Origin: an uncultured Gammaproteobacteria bacterium
GTDB lineage: Bacteria; Patescibacteriota; Patescibacteriia; UBA9934; CAMTUG01
Direction of reading: 5' to 3'
DNA: 64,000 nucleotides
NCBI GenBank assembly: GCA_964588955.1
Contig: CAZPQJ010000001.1
Location: 93,572-157,571 of the forward strand
Shown here: positions 59,102 through 64,000 of the stretch, in pieces
How the letters are laid out: each line of letters begins with the position of its first letter
How positions within the stretch are numbered: position 1 is the first letter of the stretch
The notes under the pieces: model-generated
Databases searched by the model: none
The model's input: the letters and a program-made list of their open reading frames with translations, nothing else
What the model was told of the DNA's origin: nothing
Position numbers and translations under genes: made by a program

Positions 59102-59653
59102 TTAACGATTTCGTCGACCTAGGAGATATCCCAATAGAACGGCAAGACCCAAGGCAGCGCCTTTCCAAAGCCAAGGGTTTACAGAATTTTGGGTTACGGG
59201 CGTTTCAGGAGACAAATTCGTTGACGCGTGCATCGATGGGGTGATGGCGTTTAAAGCCACAATGTCTTCTTGAGCGCTGGGATACGACAGTTCTGATGTG
59301 CGCGAACAAAGCCCGACGTTCAAAGTTCCTTCCCCGTAGGCGTACACTAAGTAATGTTCTCCCACAGAAAAGTTATATCCGCACATTGCCGAATCACCAG
59401 CCGTAGATATCGTTACCTCGGAATCAAGATCACCTTTCCAATACTCGTCGACAGTCATATCAACCGTGTAGCCCGTTCCCGTTTTGGCTGTCACAGAACG
59501 AACCGTTCCAGCAAAAATCGCGGCCGTCTCCGCATAAGCTTCCTCCACCGTACCGCCAGCGATGCATGAACACGCCGAAGCTGGCTCTGGCGCCGCCGTG
59601 ACACTTATGGCGAGAAGACTAAAACTCAAGAGGGTAAGAAATATTTTTTTCAT
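59102..59653 (-). CDS. Secreted TIMP/NTR-like domain protein with C-terminal TM
   Basis: Signal peptide then CSC; IFAGTV, WKG, CGYNF..GEHYLVYA, LCSRT. Confidence 0.75.
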   Translation of the reverse strand: MKKIFLTLLSFSLLAISVTAAPEPASACSCIAGGTVEEAYAETAAIFAGTVRSVTAKTGTGYTVDMTVDEYWKGDLDSEVTISTAGDSAMCGYNFSVGEHYLVYAYGEGTLNVGLCSRTSELSYPSAQEDIVALNAITPSMHASTNLSPETPVTQNSVNPWLWKGAALGLAVLLGYLLGRRNR

Positions 59654-59769
59654 ATAGATAAAAAGATTATATCATTGGGCTCGTTTAAAACGAAAACACC
59701 ACCCTAAAGGCTATGTCCTCGCGGCGAGGCGTAGGGGAGCGGGTGGGGAGGTCGTTTATGAGTCCGCAT

Positions 59770-60390
59770 CTATTTCGCGAGTTCAAGAAGATCTGCGGGC
59801 TTCATGGTCATAACATCTGGATGCGCATTCTTGATGGCATGTTGAGTCTGAAAACCCCATACAACACCAACACTTTTGACCCCCGCTCTTTTCGCCGCTT
59901 CAATATCGCGCACTTCGTCTCCCACATAAGCGACTTGGGAAGAATTTAATTTGTGCGACTTCACAATCTTTACTAAAGCTTTGTGTTTTCCAAATACACG
60001 ATGATAGGAATTGATGAACGCAAAGGTATTCTGAAGATTGTGTTCCTTTAAGAACTGTTCGACGTTTTCTTTGGAGTTTGAAGTAAGAATCCCAAGGAGG
60101 GCACCTTGATTCTTTAGATTCTGAATCGCATCAACAATTCCATCTTGAGGGAGAACTTTGCGATCCTTGAGCTCGTTACGAATAGCGAAAACAATAAACG
60201 GAAGCTTCCAAACTTTAACACCAAACTCGGCCATCAATTCTTTTGGTCGACCATTGCGAAGACGTTCAAGGTCGTTCACGTTGACGGGCTTGCAGCGGAA
60301 ACGGGAAGCGAGTTTATTATACATTTCGACCGTTGCCTCTAAGGTGTTAGCGATCGTACCGTCAAAGTCGAAGATGATTGTTTGCGCCAT
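59770..60390 (-). CDS. HAD hydrolase (phosphoglycolate phosphatase-like)
   Basis: IIFDFDGTIA, ILTSN, YVGDEVRDIEAA. Confidence 0.9.
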   Translation of the reverse strand: MAQTIIFDFDGTIANTLEATVEMYNKLASRFRCKPVNVNDLERLRNGRPKELMAEFGVKVWKLPFIVFAIRNELKDRKVLPQDGIVDAIQNLKNQGALLGILTSNSKENVEQFLKEHNLQNTFAFINSYHRVFGKHKALVKIVKSHKLNSSQVAYVGDEVRDIEAAKRAGVKSVGVVWGFQTQHAIKNAHPDVMTMKPADLLELAK

Positions 60391-60482
60391 ACAGATTTAT
60401 TCTATCAACTCTAAAAGAAAAAGTCCTAGCCGAAACCAAGTCATTTTCTGGCGGGACGTGGTGAAACGGGTGGGAAGGCATT

Positions 60483-61259
60483 TTATGGCTGCTGGGGCGT
60501 AGATGGCGCACGCTGAGCTATTGCCAGATATCGCGGTGAGGACATCATCTCTGACTTTAGTTCGTCGTTTTTTGCACGGAAGGACTTTAAATTATCAACA
60601 AAGCCTGATTGGAATTTTAGCATGCCCTCGTTACCTCGATTGATTCCAAAGAAAAGATCCATTAATCCATAAGACACGTTGCCGATCATCCAAAGATCTG
60701 TTTTTACATGATAGTCATCCTCCACATCAAAGAACGGTGTCGTAAACTGGTTATTTGGGGCATCAAGAGCAAAACTCTGCATGGCATAAATGAGGTTAGA
60801 GTGTGCCGCGGATGAATTTATAACCTTTTTCATATTCTTTATTGCCTCGGAACCTGCTGGAAAATTTTCCTCTAACCACTTATAGCGTTTCTTTGTGAGT
60901 TCCTGGGTTGCGTCAATCATTCCACTTTCATCAATATCTGCAAAACCAGAGACATCAGGATTTGCAATAGCAAAAGCGGCGCAAGAACCAGCTTCTAGTG
61001 CTTGTCGCATATCCATCATTGCCTGCACTTGATGCAAACGGACTGCGGAAAAAATCGCGAGCAATACATGCTTTCTGATCTGAGCCAAAAAAGCTGTAAA
61101 GATGTGCCCCTCAATGTCTACAGAAACCAAGAAGGAACTTAAAAGAGCGTTGCCCTCCATCGCATGACCGAAGTACTCTCCGAAACGATCAAATCCTGTG
61201 AGGAGCATTTTGTTTTCGCTCTCTATTATCTCTTCAATTGTGGATTGCTTAAAATCCAT
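60483..61259 (-). CDS. Hypothetical all-alpha protein (DUF5677/HEPN-like pattern)
   Basis: A..DMRQALE..SSAAHSN pattern; long ORF within the AT-rich islet. Confidence 0.6.
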   Translation of the reverse strand: MDFKQSTIEEIIESENKMLLTGFDRFGEYFGHAMEGNALLSSFLVSVDIEGHIFTAFLAQIRKHVLLAIFSAVRLHQVQAMMDMRQALEAGSCAAFAIANPDVSGFADIDESGMIDATQELTKKRYKWLEENFPAGSEAIKNMKKVINSSAAHSNLIYAMQSFALDAPNNQFTTPFFDVEDDYHVKTDLWMIGNVSYGLMDLFFGINRGNEGMLKFQSGFVDNLKSFRAKNDELKSEMMSSPRYLAIAQRAPSTPQQP

Positions 61260-61343
61260 ACAAACTTTTTTTCTATCAATAAAAAACAGAGCGCGTGTCA
61301 AAAACCTAAAACTTTTTTATCCTTGCAAAGATATTTACAGCGC

Positions 61344-62636
61344 CTATTGGTCAACCTCCTTAGTGTCTGTGACGTAAGAAGACAGACCAGCGTAAGTGTA
61401 AATACCGTTCGTGTTTAAAATATCTTCTAAAAATTTTACTCGATCAAAAGATTCCTCATTATTCAACAAGTCATTAAGCCCCTTAAAGATTTCCATTGTT
61501 GATACCAAGCCAATCCCGTTTTTTTCTGCCAGTGGAACCGAAGATGGCGCAAACAAAAATTCTTTGTTTGGGGGGCGCTCCGCTACTGGCAACTTTCTGT
61601 ATGGATTTCCAACAAGAAGAGCGAAAGTATTCGCTGGATCTTTTGAGTTAAACATTTTTCTTTCACTAATCTGACGAAAATCTTTTTTATGATCAATGCC
61701 ACCCGTTTTACCCTTCACTTCAATAAAAACTTCTTTGCCATTGAGTTCCCCAACCAAATCAATTTCCTGTTTTTCAAGGTTTAAACTGAGAAGGGCAAAA
61801 AACTTTTTTACCACTAATTCAAGACGAATATCAGTCTGCCAAAGTAGGCTTTTCCACTCATTTAATTGGTTCAACTTTTTAAGGTTCTCGTTAATCGCTT
61901 GCTCCAATTGAGCGACTTGTTTTTTTTCTTCATCAATAGACTTCTGCAGGGAAGGTGTCCCAGGGATTACGATTTCGTTAACGAACTCTGGCTCCTGCTC
62001 GCAGGCAAAACGACTAATATCAAAAGGGGGATTAATTGCGGGCAAAACTTTTGAAAGAAAAAACTCGACGAATTCTTCTTGTTCTATTGGACGAGGCAAA
62101 AGAAAAACATGTCCTTTGCCCATCGGCCTATAGAACCCTACTGCGATATCAGCCTTATTTGCGGCGAGTGTTTTAAATTCGCTATCATTTTTTCGATCAA
62201 ATACTGCTGAAAAGTACCAGGTGCCAGGGTATGCTGACAGTAAATTTGCGAAACGTAAGACTTCGGGGTCGGTGTTAACAAACTTTAAATCTTTGCCGTT
62301 TAAATCTCTTATGATAAATTTATCTAGAAAATCTTTTAGCCAAGTATAATTACAGTACCGGCTATGCGGATCGGCTTTTATAGTTCCTAGAAAACAAATA
62401 AGAATGCCGCCCGCTGTGATTCTGTCAAAAACAAACTTCTGATCGTTGTTCAAATTTAAGAAAAGACCGGATCCAGTATCTCGCATTTGTTCAAGATCAA
62501 AAATAAAAAGATCATGGTCACTAACGTTCCCCTTCAATTGAGAGGGGGAATAAAGTTGTCCCTCTGTCACACTTTCACAACCCTCAAAACAAGGGCTTCC
62601 TTTATTTAGATCAGTGCCGAAGAGATAAACTTTCAT
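61344..62636 (-). CDS. Hypothetical protein with coiled coil and PD-(D/E)xK nuclease-like C-terminus
   Basis: LELVV..FF..EIDLV..VFIEVKG..RQ. Confidence 0.65.
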   Translation of the reverse strand: MKVYLFGTDLNKGSPCFEGCESVTEGQLYSPSQLKGNVSDHDLFIFDLEQMRDTGSGLFLNLNNDQKFVFDRITAGGILICFLGTIKADPHSRYCNYTWLKDFLDKFIIRDLNGKDLKFVNTDPEVLRFANLLSAYPGTWYFSAVFDRKNDSEFKTLAANKADIAVGFYRPMGKGHVFLLPRPIEQEEFVEFFLSKVLPAINPPFDISRFACEQEPEFVNEIVIPGTPSLQKSIDEEKKQVAQLEQAINENLKKLNQLNEWKSLLWQTDIRLELVVKKFFALLSLNLEKQEIDLVGELNGKEVFIEVKGKTGGIDHKKDFRQISERKMFNSKDPANTFALLVGNPYRKLPVAERPPNKEFLFAPSSVPLAEKNGIGLVSTMEIFKGLNDLLNNEESFDRVKFLEDILNTNGIYTYAGLSSYVTDTKEVDQ

Positions 62637-62790
62637 ATCCTTATTTTGCCGCAAGTTACCATATTTTTCCTTATAAAACAAAGAAGTCGCCGAATTGGCG
62701 ATGGCTTTGTTTGGTCTCTGGACGTCCTTGCTAACCGTAAATTTGAGTTTATTTCGGTTGGAACTCCGATTTTTGGCGAAGATGAAAAGA

Positions 62791-62822
62791 AAAACACCTC
62801 TCTCGAAAGAGAGGTGGTTTTC
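62791..62822 (-). terminator. Terminator after tRNA-Asp
   Basis: Minus strand CACCTCTCT-TTCG-AGAGAGGTG followed by TTTTT. Confidence 0.8.
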
Positions 62823-62900
62823 TGGCGGGCCGGAAGGGATTTGAACCCTCGATCTTCGCCGTGACAGGGCGACGTGTTAACCGGGCTACACCACCGGCCC
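62823..62900 (-). tRNA. tRNA-Asp(GTC)
   Basis: GGGCCGGTGGTGTAG; anticodon arm TCGCC-CTGTCAC-GGCGA; GCCA end; TTGCGC-17-TAGGAT promoter. Confidence 0.95.
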
Positions 62901-63037
62901 AGGTGGTCTTGGTTGTTCAGGGTGGCGATATCCTACAATAAACGGCCAAAAGGCGCAAGCGCCAGTGTGGGGAATTATCCACGTTGTTTTTGCCAAGCTT
63001 TACAGATACAATAGACCCAATTACTCGCTTATTTTTT

Positions 63038-64000
63038 ATGCCAAAACGTCATCATTTTATCGTTTGGACGATCGGGATTCTGGCCGTGGTCGCGATTGCC
63101 CTTGCCTTGGCACCGAAGTCTGTTCAGCAGCTTGTCACCAACACGCCGGTGTTTCAGGCGATCGTGACGCCGTTTTCCGGGAGCTGGGAGAGTGATTTTG
63201 GTAACTCGGTGAAGTACCAGCCGTCGACCCAGACGATTAATCCCGCCATCGCCGTGGATTTTGATATGAGTGAAATCGGCAATGTCCAAGCGATGGAAGA
63301 TGCGTATGGTTTCACCTTTTCTGCCGACGAGCTCACGGCGCTCAGTAAGGATAAGTTTGTGGTCAAACCCATTACCGATACAACACTGCGCCCGCTGCAC
63401 TTTTCAGATGCGTCGCGTGAGTTTGCGGATTTGTACGCCCGGGTCTCCGGATCAGTCGATTATAAAACCCGCACCCAAGCCAACAGTCTCTTTTACTCCA
63501 CCGACGTCTTTTTCGACGCCTTCAACAATTTGTACACCGAGACGTTGAAAGAGATGGAGAACAATACGTTCTATCCGGCAATGAAAGATCTTTCCAAAAC
63601 GTTTTATGAAGCCGCGTCGGCTAAGCTGGCTGTTGCTACGACCGATGCCGACAAAAAAGAATGGTCCAAGTTGCGCGATTATTTTGCCGTGCCCTACGCC
63701 TTGTTTGAAACCGCTGCCGAGCCGCTCGCCGCTGGCGATTACTATGATGCGAATGGCAGCATTATTGATCCAGAAACGGTTCAAGCCGACTTTGCCACCA
63801 AAGACAAAGCGGTCGACACCTACGACAACGCGGCCAAGTTTGTTGATGGCCTCGGGCTCGACGAAGAACATAAAGCGATTGTTCTTGCTGATCTGCAATA
63901 CATCTTTAAAGCCGATTATCATTATCCGCCACAGGTGTTTGCCGATGAGTATCAAGATTACGCGGAGCAAGAAGGCGTTGCGTTTGAAGTCGACTTCACC
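63038..64000 (+). CDS. DUF3160-like exported protein (runs off the window end; absent from the ORF track)
   Basis: Own translation: MPKRHHFIVWTIGILAVV (TM), then L.KDKFVV, LFYSTDVFF..L.EME, YFAVPYAL; no stop before the window end. Confidence 0.7.
   Translation, partial: MPKRHHFIVWTIGILAVVAIALALAPKSVQQLVTNTPVFQAIVTPFSGSWESDFGNSVKYQPSTQTINPAIAVDFDMSEIGNVQAMEDAYGFTFSADELTALSKDKFVVKPITDTTLRPLHFSDASREFADLYARVSGSVDYKTRTQANSLFYSTDVFFDAFNNLYTETLKEMENNTFYPAMKDLSKTFYEAASAKLAVATTDADKKEWSKLRDYFAVPYALFETAAEPLAAGDYYDANGSIIDPETVQADFATKDKAVDTYDNAAKFVDGLGLDEEHKAIVLADLQYIFKADYHYPPQVFADEYQDYAEQEGVAFEVDFT

Larger units (their letters stand above)
60444..62829. mobile_element. AT-rich integrated islet/remnant at the tRNA-Asp 3' end; no integrase visible
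   Basis: TTTTCTGGCGGG direct repeat at 60444-60455 and 62818-62829; visibly AT-richer than the flanks. Confidence 0.55.

Overview
Bacterial chromosomal window using genetic code 11. Gene content and synteny (aspS-scpA-scpB-dacA, ybeY-dgkA-ftsA-ftsZ-nrdR, short Rel, TrmB regulator, VirB2-like pilin-fused giant proteins, little biosynthetic capacity, few SD sites) suggest a Patescibacteria/CPR genome of the Parcubacteria/ABY1 type; this is inference. Most of it is housekeeping: scpAB, parAB, rel, topA, dprA, pth, der, lepB, hisS, rpsU, ftsAZ, nrdR, htrA, pyk and five tRNAs. Three regions stand out. (1) A seven-gene minus-strand operon, trmB-HAD-glmS-yvcK/glmR-GNAT-aclB-aclA, could couple ATP-citrate-lyase acetyl-CoA supply to a GlmU-independent UDP-GlcNAc route. 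(2) A 14-kb surface-protein cluster includes a ~3290-aa protein combining a VirB2-like N-terminus, Ig/IPT and Cys-rich repeats, an embedded GspG-like pilin head and a C-terminal VWA domain. (3) Cargo has accumulated at the 3' end of tRNA-Asp, with degenerate tRNA-end copies and an AT-rich pair of genes, one encoding a PD-(D/E)xK-like nuclease. Intergenic DNA carries several long imperfect hairpins, a duplicated 34-bp REP-like element and a repeated operator-like palindrome. All product calls come from reading motifs by eye; no database searches were run.
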